DNA of 64,000 nt from Eledone cirrhosa (GCA_964016885.1 OZ024745.1:88350001-88414000); one strand, 5' to 3'. Positions 1 through 13,621 are shown, counted from the stretch's first letter. Made by a program: numbers and translations. The notes: generated by a model not told the origin, from the letters alone.

Positions 1-2910
1 TCCCAGTCCACACTGTAAAGTGGTGGTGTAGGTGACACGACAAAAAGCACCCAGTCCACACTGTAAAGTGGTCGTGTAGGAGACACGGTAAAAAGGCTCC
101 CAGTCCACACTGTAAAGTGGTGGTGTAGGTGACACGACAAAAAGCACCCAGTCCACACTGTAAAGTGGTCGTGTAGGTGACACGCCAAAAAGCACCCAGT
201 CCACACTGTAAAGTGGTCGTGTAGGAGACACGGTAAAAAGGCTCCCTGTCCACACTGTAAAGTGGTGGTGTAGGTGACACGACAAAAAGCACCCAGTCCA
301 CACTGTAAAGTGGTCGTGTAGGAGACACGATAAAAAGGCTCCCAGTCCACACTGTAAAGTGGTGGTGTAGGTGACACGATAAAAAAGCACCCAGTCCACA
401 CTGTAAAGTGGTCGTGTAGGTGACACAACAAAAAGTACCCAGTCCTACACTGTAAAGTGGTCGTGTAGGAGACACGGTAAAAAGGCTCCCAGTCCACACT
501 GTAAAGTGGTGGTGTAGGTGACACGATAAAAGCACCCAGTCCACACTGTAAAGTGGTCGTGTAGGAGACACGGTAAAAAGGCTCCCAGTCCACACTGTAA
601 AGTGGTGGTGTAGGTGACACGACAAAAAGCACCCAGTCCACACTGTAAAGTAGTAGTGTAGGAGACACGATAAAAAGGCTCCCAGTCCACACTGTAAAGT
701 GGTGGTGTAGGTGACACGACAAAAAGCACCCAGTCCACACTGTAGGTGACACGACAAAAAGCACCCAGTCCACACTGTAGGTCGTGTAGGAGACACGGTA
801 AAAAGGCTCCCAGTCCACACTGTAAAGTGGTGGTGTAGGTGACACGAAAAAAAGCACCCAGTCTACACTGTAAAGTGGTCGTGTAGGTGACACGCCAAAA
901 AGCACCCAGTCCACACTGTAAAGTGGTCGTGTAGGAGACACGGTAAAAAGGCTCCCTGTCCACACTGTAAAGTGGTGGTGTAGGTGACACGACAAAAAGC
1001 ACCCAGTCCACACTGTAAAGTGGTCGTGTAGGAGACACGATAAAAAGGCTCCCAGTCCACACTGTAAAGTGGTGGTGTAGGTGACACGACAAAAAGCACC
1101 CAGTCCACACTGTAAAGTGGTCGTGTAGGAGACACCGTAAAAAGGCTCCCAGTCCACACTTTAAAGTGGTCGTGTAGGAGACACGGTAAAAAGGCTCCCA
1201 GTCCACACTGTAAAGTGGTCGTGTAGGTGACACGACAAAAGGCACCCAGTCCACACTGTAAAGTGGTCGTGTAGGAGACACGGTAAAAAGGCTCCCAGTC
1301 CACACTGTAAAGTGGTGGTGTAGGTGACACGACAAAAGGCACCCAGTCCACACTGTAAAGTAGTCGTGTAGGAGACACGATAAAAAGGCTCCCAGTCCAC
1401 ACTGTAAAGTGGTGGTGTAGGTGACACGACAAAAAGCACCCAGTCCACACTGTAAAGTGGTCGTGTAGGTGACACGACAAAAAGTACCCAGTCCACACTG
1501 TAAAGTAGTCGTGTAGGAGACACAGTAAAAAGGCTCGCAGTCCACACTGTAAAGTGGTCGTGTAGGTGACACAACAAAAAGTACCCAGTCCACACTGTAA
1601 AGTGGTCGTGTAGGAGACACGATAAAAAGGCTCCCAGTCCACACTGTAAAGTGGTCGTGTAGGAGACACGATAAAAAAGCACCCAGTCCACACTGTAAAG
1701 TGGTCGTGTAGGTGACACAACAAAAAGTACCCAGTCCACACTGTAAAGTGGTCGTGTAGGAGACGCGGTGAAAAGGCTCCCAGTCGACACTGTAAAGTGG
1801 TGGTGTAGGTGACACGATAAAAGCACCCAGTCCACACTGTAAAGTGGTCGTGTAGGAGACACGGTAAAAGGCTCCCAGTCCACACTGTAAAGTGGTCGTG
1901 TAGGTGACACGCCAAAAAGCACCCAGTCCACACTGTAAAGTGGTCGTGTAGGAGACACGGTAAAAAGGCTCCCAGTCCACACTGTAAAGTGGTGGTGTAG
2001 GTGACACGACAAAAAGCACCCAGTCCACACTGTAAAGTAGTAGTGTAGGAGACACGATAAAAAGGCTCCCAGTCCACACTGTAAAGTGGTGGTGTAGGTG
2101 ACACTACAAAAAGCACCCAGTCCACACTGTAAAGTGGTCGTGTAGGAGACACGGTAAAAAGGCTCCCAGTCCACACTGTAAAGTGGTGGTGTAGGTGACA
2201 CGACAAAAAGCACCCAGTCCACACTGTAAAGTGGTCGTGTAGGTGACACGCCAAAAAGCACCCAGTCCACACTGTAAAGTGGTCGTGTAGGAGACACGGT
2301 AAAAAGGCTCCCTGTCCACACTGTAAAGTGGTGGTGTAGGTGACACGACAAATAGCACCCAGTCCACACTGTAAAGTGGTCGTGTAGGAGACACGATAAA
2401 AAGGCTCCCAGTCCACACTGTAAAGTGGTGGTGTAGGTGACACGACAAAAAGCACCCAGTCCACACTGTAAAGTGGTCGTGTAGGAGACACGGTAAAAAG
2501 GCTCCCAGTCCACACTTTAAAGTGGTCGTGTAGGAGACACGTTAAAAAGGCTCCCAGTCCACACTGTAAAGTGGTCGTGTAGGTGACACGACAAAAGGCA
2601 CCCAGTCCACACTGTAAAGTGGTCGTGTAGGAGACACGGTAAAAAGGCTCCCAGTCCACACTGTAAAGTGGTGGTGTAGGTGACACGACAAAAGGCACCC
2701 AGTCCACACTGTAAAGTAGTCGTGTAGGAGACACGATAAAAAGGCTCCCAGTCCACACTGTAAAGTGGTGGTGTAGGTGACACGACAAAAAGCACCCAGT
2801 CCACACTGTAAAGTAGTCGTGTAGGAGACACGATAAAAAGGCTCCCAGTCCACACTGTAAAGTGGTCGTGTAGGTGACAAGGTAAAAAAGGCTCCCAGTC
2901 CACACTGTAA
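1..2910. repeat. Minisatellite of 48- and 49-bp units, largely alternating
   Basis: Units CCCAGTCCACACTGTAAAGTGGTGGTGTAGGTGACACGACAAAAAGCA (48 bp) and ...GGTCGTGTAGGAGACACGGTAAAAAGGCT (49 bp), about 60 copies. The array runs off the left edge of the window. Confidence 0.97.
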
Positions 2911-3078
2911 ATGTGATTGGTGTTAGGAAGCTCATCCAGCCGCAGAAAACCTGCCAGAAACAATTCTGTACGAGCGAGATTAGGTCTCCCGACCAATCTC
3001 GCCTCAAGTGGGACAAAACCGTCAAACCCATACTAGCGTGGAAGATGGACATTAATCGATGATAATTATTATTATTAT
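2885..3078 (+). mobile_element. 3' body of a SINE-like retroelement continuous with the last satellite unit
   Basis: The last unit runs into GATTGGTGTTAGGAAGCTCATCCAGCCGCAGAAAAC...CGTCAAACCCATACTAGCGTGGAAGATGGACATTAA and a GAT/ATT tail. It resembles an abundant octopus repeat (from recall). Confidence 0.5.
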
Positions 3079-3079
3079 A

Positions 3080-3297
3080 ACGACTTTGGCAGTTGAATCA
3101 GTAGAGCGTCGGACAACATGCTTTGTGGCATAGAGTTACCACCGTTTGCGTTCTGAATTCCCACTGAGGTTAGCTTTGGCGTTCATATTTACGGCGTCGA
3201 TAAAATATAGTACCAGTCATGCACTGGTGTAAATTTAGTCTACTTTCCCCACCTCCCCCAAAATAGCTGGCAGTGTGTCTAAATCAGAAACCATTAT
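3080..3297 (+). mobile_element. tRNA-derived SINE family S1, diverged copy
   Basis: Aligns by eye with 9698-9885 (GTCGATAAAAT..AGTACCAGT core, GCTGGC...AGAAAC tail). Confidence 0.75.
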
Positions 3298-3454
3298 AAC
3301 GACTTTGTCAATTCGTCAACATAGTAATAGCTGTAGTTATATGAAGTAATCAATGTTTTCTGTGTTATTGATGATGATGATATTGTTGTTATTATTGCAG
3401 CTGTGATTTTTCCACAATTACGTCCATTGTTCGTTTATTGCTATCGAGGCTGCT

Positions 3455-3922
3455 GTTGCTGATGATGATGATGATGATGATGACGATGATGATGACGATG
3501 ATGACGATGACGATGACGATGATGACGATGATGATGATGAAGATGATGATGATGATGATGATGCTGTTGACGACGATGTTGATGATGATGATGATGATGA
3601 TGACGATGATGATGATGATGATGATGATGACGATGATGATGACGATGATGACGATGATGATGATGACGATGATGATGGTGATGATGGTGATGATGATGAT
3701 GAAGATGATGATGATGATGATGATGCTGTTGACGACGATGTTGATGATGATGATGATGATCACGATGATGATGATGATGATGATGATGACGATGATGATG
3801 ACGATGATGACGATGATGATGATGACGATGATGATGGTGATGATGGTGATGATGATGATGAAGATGATGATGATGATGATGATGCTGTTGACGACGATGT
3901 TGATGATGATGATGATGATCAC

Positions 3923-3963
<41 letters not shown>

Positions 3964-4025
3964 CGATGATGATGACGATGATGATGACGAGGACGATGGT
4001 GATGATGATGATGTTGTTGTTATGA
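3455..4025. repeat. (GAT)n microsatellite with GAC/GGT/GAA variants and internal block duplication
   Basis: Visible directly. The variant GCTGTTGACGACGATGTTGA recurs three times. Confidence 0.97.
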
Positions 4026-4147
4026 TGCTGATATAGGTGTCGCTTTCGTTGTCGTTGCAGATGTTTTTGTTACTGTAGTGTTGTCAGTGTTACAGCTGCT
4101 GCTGCTGCAGATGGTGCGATGATCATAATGTTGTTTTCGTGGCTGTT

Positions 4148-4191
4148 GCTTCTTCTTCTTCGCCTTCTTTTTCTTCTTCATCTTTGTCTTG

Positions 4192-4222
<31 letters not shown>

Positions 4223-4250
4223 CTTCTTCTTCTTCTTCTTCTTCTTCTTT
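4148..4250. repeat. (CTT)n microsatellite
   Basis: Visible directly. Confidence 0.95.
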
Positions 4251-4584
4251 CTCCTCCTTCCAACTTCAGCTTCTCCTCCTCCTCATTCTCCTCCTCCTGC
4301 TCCCCTTCTCAGACCCCCCCCCCTTCATCATACTCCTCGTCATCGTCCTCCTCCATCTTCAGTTGTGTTATTGTTATTGTTATTCTTTATCCGCAGACAT
4401 TCTCCACCATTCTGCCGCAACTGACAGACAAGCTAGACAATGTCAATTATGTTCATTAATTGATGTCCAATGCAGATGGTTTTTACCTGATAAAAGGCAC
4501 CAATAAATCTTTTATACAATACTCTTAATATTAGACCATCGTCTGCTTGTTATCATCGACGATGTAAAAGACAAGTCTCTGATA

Positions 4585-4853
4585 ATGAATATGTATATAT
4601 GCATGTATGTATGTAAGTATGTATCTGTGTATGTATATATCTATATATGTATGTATTTATGTATGTATGGATGTATTTATGTATGTATGAATGTATGTAT
4701 GTTTGTATTTATGCATGTATGTATGTATTTATGTATGTATCTATGTATGTATGTATTTATTTATGCATCTATTTGTCGATCTATTCATCTATCTATCAAT
4801 CTATCTACCTATCTTTCTCTCTCTCTCTCTCTCTATCTATCTCTCTCTCTCTC

Positions 4854-4887
<34 letters not shown>

Positions 4888-4930
4888 CACACACACATAC
4901 ATATATGTGTGTGTGTGCATGTGTGTGTTT
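4585..4930. repeat. Compound (TATG)n/(TCTA)n/(CT)n/(TA)n microsatellite
   Basis: Visible directly. Confidence 0.9.
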
Positions 4931-6814
4931 ATCCGCGTTTTGGCCATGAATATATTTTTAGATAATTGTGTATTTCTGTTGTAAATATAGAGGTTTAGTT
5001 ATGTGCTGATGCTGTGATGATATATTTGTTTGTATCATGTTTATGCCATGAATATATATTTGTCAATTTATATGTATCTAGGAATATATATGAATGTTTA
5101 TATGCATGTGTATTCATGAATTGAAAATAATATATATAGCCTACAAAGAGTCAATATACCGAATTGCGTATATTTGTACGTACATTTAGGAGAGGTTTCT
5201 ATATCTTCCATCCCATTCTCTTACACTATACATGCACAGACACAGGGACACAGATAGACAAACAGACATCCACCGCCTATATACATATAACTGAGGTCCG
5301 AAAAGCTTTGATTCCAGAGTCGGGCCAGATAGATACAGATCGAACCTTGAGCTGATCAATAGCGAACCGCGCGTCACCAATCACTAAACGTATTGATGGC
5401 TTAACAAATCGTCCTTGTATTATTATATTATTATATTACACCCTGTCTAGCTCTATACCTCGCTAGTGACGTGAACCTAAACATCGAGTGTTCACCTGGG
5501 TGAACCTACAGTAACTTCACCTTACACTCCCTGGATATATATATATATATATATATATATCAACATTTAAATTCCGCTTTCGCTGCGGAAATGTCTTGGG
5601 CGATCTTCACAAACCGAGTCTGTACTGAAGTGGCGCTAATAACCTCCTGGATAGACGGATGTTCGGATTTCGCTTACACAATTTCCCATGTTTTACTGTG
5701 TGCATAACTGAGGTGTCGTCTGAACCCCACTAGGGATGGTTTCTATAGTGGTGTCCTTCCTATCACCAACCACCTTAAAGTGTATCAGGTGAATTTTTGT
5801 CGCAGCAAAAGTGGAAATGTTGTAGGCTACAGTGATCTCCAGGGTAATGTGTCAGGGAAAATGGAAGAACTTCGTTAAAATAGAGTGAGAATGGATGTAG
5901 TGGTGGTGACAAAAGGTAAGCTATAATAGATGTGTAATCAACTACTATCAGATAATTTAAATATTTAAACTTCTGCAACGAATTAAGTAAGTTGTTGTTG
6001 TATATCCACAGATGACCTAGAGTAAAGCAGGCGTATGGCCAAAGCTTTCAATGCAGACATCCGCTCAGATCTAGTTATTAAGACTCACTCCAAGTAAAAT
6101 AGTAATCGAACGAGGTTCTTTAACATACGAAGTTATAATTAACCAAAGAGTTCTGTTAAATAATACATTTTATAGACATCAAATCAAATATCTACGACAT
6201 ACATATTTCCAACCACACAAATGTTATACTCAATATTTTCACTTAAAATATCTTTAGTTCCATACGTATGTTGGTAGCATTTAGTTACATTTTGAGTTTC
6301 CATACCAACAAGGTAACCTTTGCTATTCATCCTTCATTTGACGATAAAATAAATAATAAATTCGTATTATGAATTCAGTAGGCTGTATCACTCTACAAAG
6401 TCTAATTCAGAAATCATTACAATGAACCTTTGAAGGGAAGTTTGCTAGAATCAGGGAAGAGGCGGACAAAATATTTTGCAGGATTTCATCATCTCTCTTT
6501 ACATTCCGAGTTGAAAATCCTCTTGATGCCAGTTTGCATCCAAATAAGTAGCAGTTAAGTACTATAGCCCATTTAAAGGATTATAACCCTCTCCTCGCCA
6601 ACAAAGCAGATTCCTGTTGCTGAACATAAAGTATACATAAATATTATGCTTGTTCTTCAAAGTGTTAACATCTATTGAAAGTCAGTATGCTCATTGAACA
6701 ATCCTGGTGCTAGAATAATGCATGAGTTCAAGAAAGATCAGGAATTTTACTGACATACATTAATTGAGATGAAGCAATGATTGAATGCAATTGTAATGGC
6801 AAACGTAGATTGCT

Positions 6815-6842
6815 AGAGAAGGAAAGAGAATACGAGAGAGCG

Positions 6843-6929
<87 letters not shown>

Positions 6930-7073
6930 GGAGAGAAAAAGAGATAGCGATATATAGAAGGAAGGGGAGAGAGATAGAGAGAGAGAGACATAGATAGAGA
7001 AAGAAAGTGATAGAGAAAGAGAACGATACAGAGAACGAAAGGGAAAGTGAGAGATAGTGATAGGGAGAATGAA

Positions 7074-7118
<45 letters not shown>

Positions 7119-7150
7119 CAGAGAGAGAGAGAGAGAGAGATGGATAGATA
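6815..7150. repeat. (GA)n-rich microsatellite
   Basis: Visible directly. Confidence 0.95.
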
Positions 7151-7685
7151 CATTTCTTTATTAGCCACAAGGGCACAAAAGAAGGGGACATACAAATGGG
7201 GAGTTTACATACAGGTATATGAAAATAAAACTATTAATAAGATAACAAATAACAATTGAAATCCCCAATAGGGGGGAGGTGTTACACAGGGGTTGTACAC
7301 ACCCCGAAAAAATGTACAACCCTCATCTCCAGGAGCACCAAGAGTGAGTACTCCCTTCCTCTCTTCCTCTTTTTCCTCAACCTACAGAGAGAAAGCCCAA
7401 CCACTCGGTCCATCTTTGCCCCATTCACCCACCTTTTATAAAATTTGCTGGGGTACAGCACCTCTCTCTCCATCCTGATTCTTCTTCCAAAATGATATTT
7501 GAAAAAACGAATCAGTTGCTCGCCGGAGAGAAAGGTGTCTGACCTCAGCCCTTTTAACCTCATCCACCATATAACCTCAACCACCATAGCCATACTACAT
7601 AGGAAAACCGCCTCTCCTTCGTTTTTGAAGGAGGGTGGCGGTTTGATCATGACAATGGACTCGTGGTCAACCGGATTGCCCGGAT
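7150..7685 (-). mobile_element. 5'-truncated L1/Tx1-like LINE 3' end between (GA)n and (GATA)n
   Basis: The peptide AVFLCSMAMVVEVIWWMRLKGL...FFKYHFGRRIRMERE..FYKRWV resembles an L1/Tx1 ORF2 C-terminus. The minus-strand 3' end has AATAAA followed by a simple-repeat tail. Confidence 0.6.
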
Positions 7686-7703
7686 AGATAGATAGAGATA
7701 TAT

Positions 7704-7751
<48 letters not shown>

Positions 7752-7959
7752 CGATAGATAACGATAGAGAAATATATAGATAGTGAAAAGAAATAAAAGA
7801 AAGAGAAAGAAAGAAAAAAAATAATAGGACTCCGACACGAAATTGCTCACTGCAGTAAATGATAGATAACATTGTGCATTTGAAAAATAAAGCAAGGAAC
7901 CGAGAATACAATGGACAGGGAGAGAAATAAAGGGTAAGAATGTAAGAGAATTAAATGAT

Positions 7960-8865
7960 AATAATTGTTTCCACTTTAGGCATAAGCCCAGCCATTTGTG
8001 GAGAAGGGAAAATCGATTAAATCTGCCCCAGTGCGTGACTGGTACTTTATTTTATCGACCCCGTAAGGATGAAAAGGAAAGTTAACCTCGGTGGGATTTC
8101 AACTCAGATCATAAAGAGCCGTAACTCTATGCTGCAAAGCATGGCGTCCGACCCTCTACCGATACTGCCAATCCAGCGTCCTAAGAACTAAATAATAATA
8201 TTTGATTCCATTTTAGGTACAAGGCCAGCAATTATTAGGGAACGGAAAATCGATTAAATCGACCACAGTGTGTTACTGGTGTTTTATTTTATCGACCCGG
8301 TAAGGATGAATGGCAAAGCTCACCTTAGCAGGATTTGAACTCAGAAAGTAAAGGAATATAATTCTATGCTACTAAGCATGGTGTCTGACCATCGACCACC
8401 CTTGTTAGAAATACTAATTGTTTCTACTTTTGGCACAAGGCCAGCAACTATCCCAGTACATTACTGGTACTTTGTTTTATCAACCCTGTAGGGATGAAAG
8501 GCAAAGTTAACCTCGGCGGGATTTGAACTCAGTCCGTAAAACGACGTAACTCTATGCTGCAAAACATGGCGTCCGACACTTTACGGATACTGCCAATCCA
8601 TCACCCTACTCTGGTTAGAAGTAATGATTTCTAGTATAGGCACAAGGCCAGTCATTTGGGGGAAGGGGAAAGACGTTAAAATCAACCACAGTACGTTACT
8701 GGTACTTTATCTTATCGATCCCATAAAGATGAAAGGCAAAGTTAACCCCGGGATGATTTGAACTCAGACCGCAAAGGGGCGTAACTCTATGCTACAAAGC
8801 ATGGCGTCCGACCCTCTATCGATACTGCCAATCCACCACCCTACCCTTGTTAGAAATAATAACAA
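7960..8865 (-). mobile_element. Four tandem copies of SINE S1
   Basis: The core ACTGGTACTTTATTTTATCGACCCCGTAAGGATGAAAGGCAAAGTTAACCTCGG..GGATTTGAACTCAG occurs four times. On the minus strand there are an A-box-like TGGCAGTATCGG and a B-box-like GAGTTCAAATC. Confidence 0.85.
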
Positions 8866-9124
8866 TTATTATTAAGTTGTTTGGATTTTACTCTGTTTGT
8901 AGGAGCAGATTCTAAGTCCCAATCAGCGAACCCCCAAACCAGCAAGTTATATGTTCAAGCAGACATTATGACCAAGATGGTTGATAACTGCCATGTTTTG
9001 AGGGGGTGAATGTAGTTTGGTGATAGGGATTTGTGTTTCAATTGTGTGTCTTGGGGTTGTAATAGACATTATGACTGCAGTGACATTAAACTTGGCGGGG
9101 TCCATCTATGCGTGCACACACATT

Positions 9125-9179
<55 letters not shown>

Positions 9180-9186
<7 letters not shown>

Positions 9187-9690
9187 TCTAATAAACAACA
9201 TAAGATAATTATTTCATTTACCAGTGGTTCCTTGAAAGCAGATATATCTGTTTTTTCAGTCGTCAGAATGAATAAAACATGATGTTTTTGTTAAATATGG
9301 ATTTGAAAACAAAAGATAAGAAATATGAAAGTGAGGCTGAGGAAAAACGGGCGAAGAAAATGAGGAGAAAAAAAGGATACATATATATATAAACAATAAA
9401 TATATAAACATACACACATTCAACCACGCGCATATACATAAAAAATACGTAGACGTTTACTTTATCACATAAGCGTATATGTGTCTACAGACATGGACAA
9501 AATACATGCACAAACATATACATGAAGTAATAAGAATAAATAATTAAATGAATAAGGACATAAAATACAGAGTCAAAAATAAAGGATACGTGTTGACAAC
9601 GATAAGTTAGAAGAGGGGGGGGGGGGTGATAAAACCATTTAAATGTAAACAAATACACAAGGTGTGCATATACATAAAAATATAATATAT
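9180..9690 (-). mobile_element. Non-coding HHR-bearing element, family H (paralog at 15815-16310)
   Basis: Clear similarity to 15815-16310. The HHR at about 9213-9272 has GAAA mutated to GGAA. Confidence 0.7.
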
Positions 9691-9697
9691 ATATATT

Positions 9698-9885
9698 GGC
9701 GGTGGATAGGCAGTATCGTTAGAGAGTCGGACACCATGCTTTGAAGCATAGAATTACGTCCCTTTATGATCTGAGTTCAAATCTCGCCGAGGTTAACTTT
9801 GCCTTTCATCCTTACGGGGTCGATAAAATAAAGTACCAGTAATGTATTGGTTGTTTGCTGGCCTTGTGCCTAATATAGAAACAAT
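9698..9885 (+). mobile_element. SINE S1
   Basis: GGCGGTGGATAGGCAGTATCG head, GAGTTCAAATC B box, GCCTTTCATCCTTACGGGGTCGATAAAAT core. Confidence 0.85.
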
Positions 9886-9973
9886 TATATATATATATAT
9901 ATATATATACATACATGCACAAACGCATGCACAAATACTCATACACACGTATAAAAACACATACACAAAAGTA

Positions 9974-10043
<70 letters not shown>

Positions 10044-10368
10044 CGTACACACACACACACACATATATATATATAAATATATATATATATGCGTCTACTC
10101 GACAAAATACCACCTCCACCTCTTTCCCACCTTACCCCTACCGCCTCTCGAACGGAAAAACGGCACTAAGGTTATGTAAGTACTTCTTACCCATCTGCTT
10201 TTTCCACGTATAGAACGTACTTCATTTTTATACATGTAAGTGTGTGTGTATATGAGTATATTTAGTAGTGTATGTATGTATGTAATTGTATGAGTGACTG
10301 TATGTATGTGTATGTTTGTGTCTATGTGCGTATATATGTATGTGTATGTATATGCGTATCTGTGTATA

Positions 10369-10421
<53 letters not shown>

Positions 10422-10424
10422 ATG

Positions 10425-11555
10425 TAAACATCGCCAGAATTCAACATTCAGAACTATATATAACTTATAATTATACTTATTTCCACTTGGTTTTAATATA
10501 TTGATATCTCTAAATCATAATATCTATAACATTTGCTGTAATTTCATTTTTTAACATTTCATAAAATATATACGTATATAATTCTAATTTCTTTTAAATT
10601 TTAATTTTAATAATTTTCTCAAATTTTTCAATAACTTTTCAATACTTTTTCAATGTTTTTTCAATACTTTCTCAATATTTTTTCAATATTTTTTCAATAG
10701 ATTTATAACCACTAATTGTTTTTGGCTAAATGTATCTTCAATATCTATACTTATTTTGACTAAATAGTCTCATATTAACGAATAAATAAATTAAACCGGA
10801 CTTTTTTCCGTACCTTCCCATTTTCAATCATATAATATAAATATTCTTCTTAACTCAGTTAATTTAATTTAATTTAACTTAATATTTATTTACATAAAAT
10901 ACAAAACCAATATCCCCCATAACTCATTAGAACAATTATCTATAACATGATATACACATCTATTTATTTATTTATTTATTTATTTATTTACTTATTTATT
11001 TATTTATCTACTTATAACAAGAAAAATATATTATAAACAAATTTAAAATCTAATAATCGTAAATACACGTACTAATAAGATAATATACTTAGAATATATT
11101 TCTCTCAAATTAACGTTATATGAGTTTTTATTCATCTTCCCTTTTTTCTTTCTTCTCTCTCTCGCACTATTTTATCCTTCTCCTCTTATCTCTTCTCTCT
11201 CTCCCCATAGTCGTTTAAATAAACGGTTGTTTTTCAATTATTTACATATTCATTTACATATTCACCCATATGTTTGAAAAATCCCTAATATATTTCCACT
11301 ATCCAAAGAATATCCTACTGATAAGGTATGATTTTCATGGGTATGTCTCTATTTATAATACAAACTTTGTATTTTATCTGAGGAAAGGATACCAATGTGT
11401 TTTGGTACCCTTGAAATATATATGATAAAATAAATATGGTTTTATAAATATAGTTTCCATTTATTTAATATCATTGAATATTTACTCCAGTAACTTGTCG
11501 AGTGCTCTAAATCAGTTATAAACATTTATATTTGTCGGACTTCCAACAAATTAAA
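10425..11555 (+). mobile_element. AT-rich PLE 3' UTR/pLTR remnant with an HHR whose cleavage triplet is mutated to AUG
   Basis: 11370-11432: TATTTTAT-CTGAGGA-helix II-GAAATATATATG-ATAAAATA. The downstream sequence is related to the pLTR at 27050-27250. Confidence 0.65.
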
Positions 11556-11560
11556 TACTC

Positions 11561-11614
<54 letters not shown>

Positions 11615-11618
<4 letters not shown>

Positions 11619-11672
11619 AACGAGTAGGACCCGGACGGCTGAGCTCAGCCGTCCGGGTCCTATTCGTTCCTA
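11615..11672. repeat. GC-rich 58-bp palindrome
   Basis: TAGGAACGAGTAGGACCCGGACGGCTGAG|CTCAGCCGTCCGGGTCCTATTCGTTCCTA, with one mismatch. Confidence 0.9.
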
Positions 11673-11749
11673 TTACCCACTCTACTATCCTAAGTATTGA
11701 GTACTTTGGTGCGTTATGGTCCACCTGGTTCCTTACCACATTTCCTTCG

Positions 11750-11814
<65 letters not shown>

Positions 11815-11819
<5 letters not shown>

Positions 11820-12110
11820 TATTCAAAATGTTAATAAATGAAAAATATTCTCATAATCAAAATATATATTTTATTATACATATTTTAAAGGTACAATGCA
11901 GTTTGAGTACGTTTTCATCAGGTACTTAAACACCATTGAACCTTTGAAATATGTATAATAAATTATATATTTTGATTATGAGAATATTTTTCATTTATTT
12001 ACATTTTGAATAATATTAAATACACCAGGAAAATCCACCGTCGAGTGCTTCTAATCTATTGTAAAATTGTATTCGTTGATTACTCAACGAAGCCTATTAA
12101 TCTTTGGTTA
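11815..12110. mobile_element. Long-hairpin non-coding element (relative at about 23115-23410)
   Basis: Imperfect arms of about 90 bp (CATAATCAAAATATATA...TATATTTTGATTATG) flanked by (TA)n. Confidence 0.6.
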
Positions 12111-12155
12111 TAAATGTATATATGTATTTATATGTATGTGTGTATTGTGTATGTG

Positions 12156-12254
<99 letters not shown>

Positions 12255-12402
12255 ACTTATTTTAGTTATTATTGCACCGACGTGAGGTATATGATTTTTA
12301 ATGCAATGAAATTTCTATGATCGTCGGCAAATCACTGATGAGGGACTCATTTTATTACATGTTATCCATGCGCTACCTGCAGTATTTTTCTCCATATTTT
12401 AT

Positions 12403-12483
<81 letters not shown>

Positions 12484-12570
12484 TAGTGAAAGATGGAACG
12501 GGAACAAAACAGAGAGGCAGTACGAACAAAGGTTCATTAGTTTCACGTTCTTGATAGTGGGGTGGTGGGG

Positions 12571-12602
12571 AACGACGTTTCGGGCATAAGCCCTTCAGGT
12601 TG

Positions 12603-12603
<1 letters not shown>
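12571..12603 (-). ncRNA. Degenerate minimal PLE-type hammerhead
   Basis: Minus strand reads AAC-CTGAAG-GGCTTATGCCC-GAAAC-GTC-GTT. The core is shortened relative to CUGANGA. Confidence 0.5.
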
Positions 12604-12652
<49 letters not shown>

Positions 12653-12809
12653 GTGTGTGTGTGTGTGTGTAAGTGTGTATATATATATATATGTGTGTAT
12701 GTGTACGTATGCATGTGCATGTGTGTGTGTGTATTTATATATATGTGTATATGTATATATGAATGTGTATATATGTGTATATATATGTATATATATATAT
12801 ATGTCTGTG

Positions 12810-12846
<37 letters not shown>

Positions 12847-12969
12847 GTGTATGTGTATATATATGTGTATGTAAATATATATGTGTATATATGTATATAT
12901 ATATGTGTATACGTGTGTATATGGGTATATATATGATGTGTATGTATATATATATATATATATATATTT

Positions 12970-13185
12970 TTCGATCGACTTTCGTCAAATCGGACCGAGG
13001 GAACAATCTTTCCGTTGGTCTTTCCAATTGCTAATACTATCTATCGGTCGCAACTCCAGGTAGAAGGAGCAACGTGAAATAAAGTGTCTTGCTCAAGGAC
13101 ATAACGCATAGCCTGGTCCAGGAATCGAACTCACAACCTTACGATTGCGAATCCAATTCTCTAACCGCTCAGCCACACGCCTTCA

Positions 13186-13187
<2 letters not shown>
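12970..13187 (-). mobile_element. tRNA-derived SINE family S2 (head at about 13060-13187) with an attached segment
   Basis: Minus strand has A box TGGCTCAGCGG-like (TGGCTGAGCGG), B box GTTCGATTCC, then TGTCCTTGAGCAAGACACTT. A second copy lies at 27330-27543. Confidence 0.8.
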
Positions 13188-13248
<61 letters not shown>

Positions 13249-13448
13249 ATATGTGTGTGTGTATGTTTATACTTGTGTATATGTCTATGTGTACGTATGT
13301 ATATGTATGTACGTGTATGTGTGTGTATATATATATATATATGTGTATATATATATATATGTATATATATATTTATAAGTGTATGTAAGTGTATGTGTAT
13401 GTGTGTATGTGTGTGTATGTATATATATGTATCTATATATATGTATAC

Positions 13449-13479
<31 letters not shown>

Positions 13480-13541
13480 TGTATATATATGTGTGTGTAT
13501 GTATGTGTATATATGTGTATATATGTATATATATGTGTGTG

Positions 13542-13579
<38 letters not shown>

Positions 13580-13621
13580 TAGGTAAATATACACGGGTGT
13601 GTATGATTGTGTATAGAAGAT

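Noticed and set aside
1-3052. Long ORFs (up to 729 aa), and a CRISPR-like appearance
   Set aside because: The ORFs are stop-free readings of a satellite in all three minus frames. There are no unique spacers and no cas genes, and the context is eukaryotic.
3392-4506. Poly-Met/Ile/Ser/Phe ORFs
   Set aside because: They are translations of trinucleotide microsatellites.
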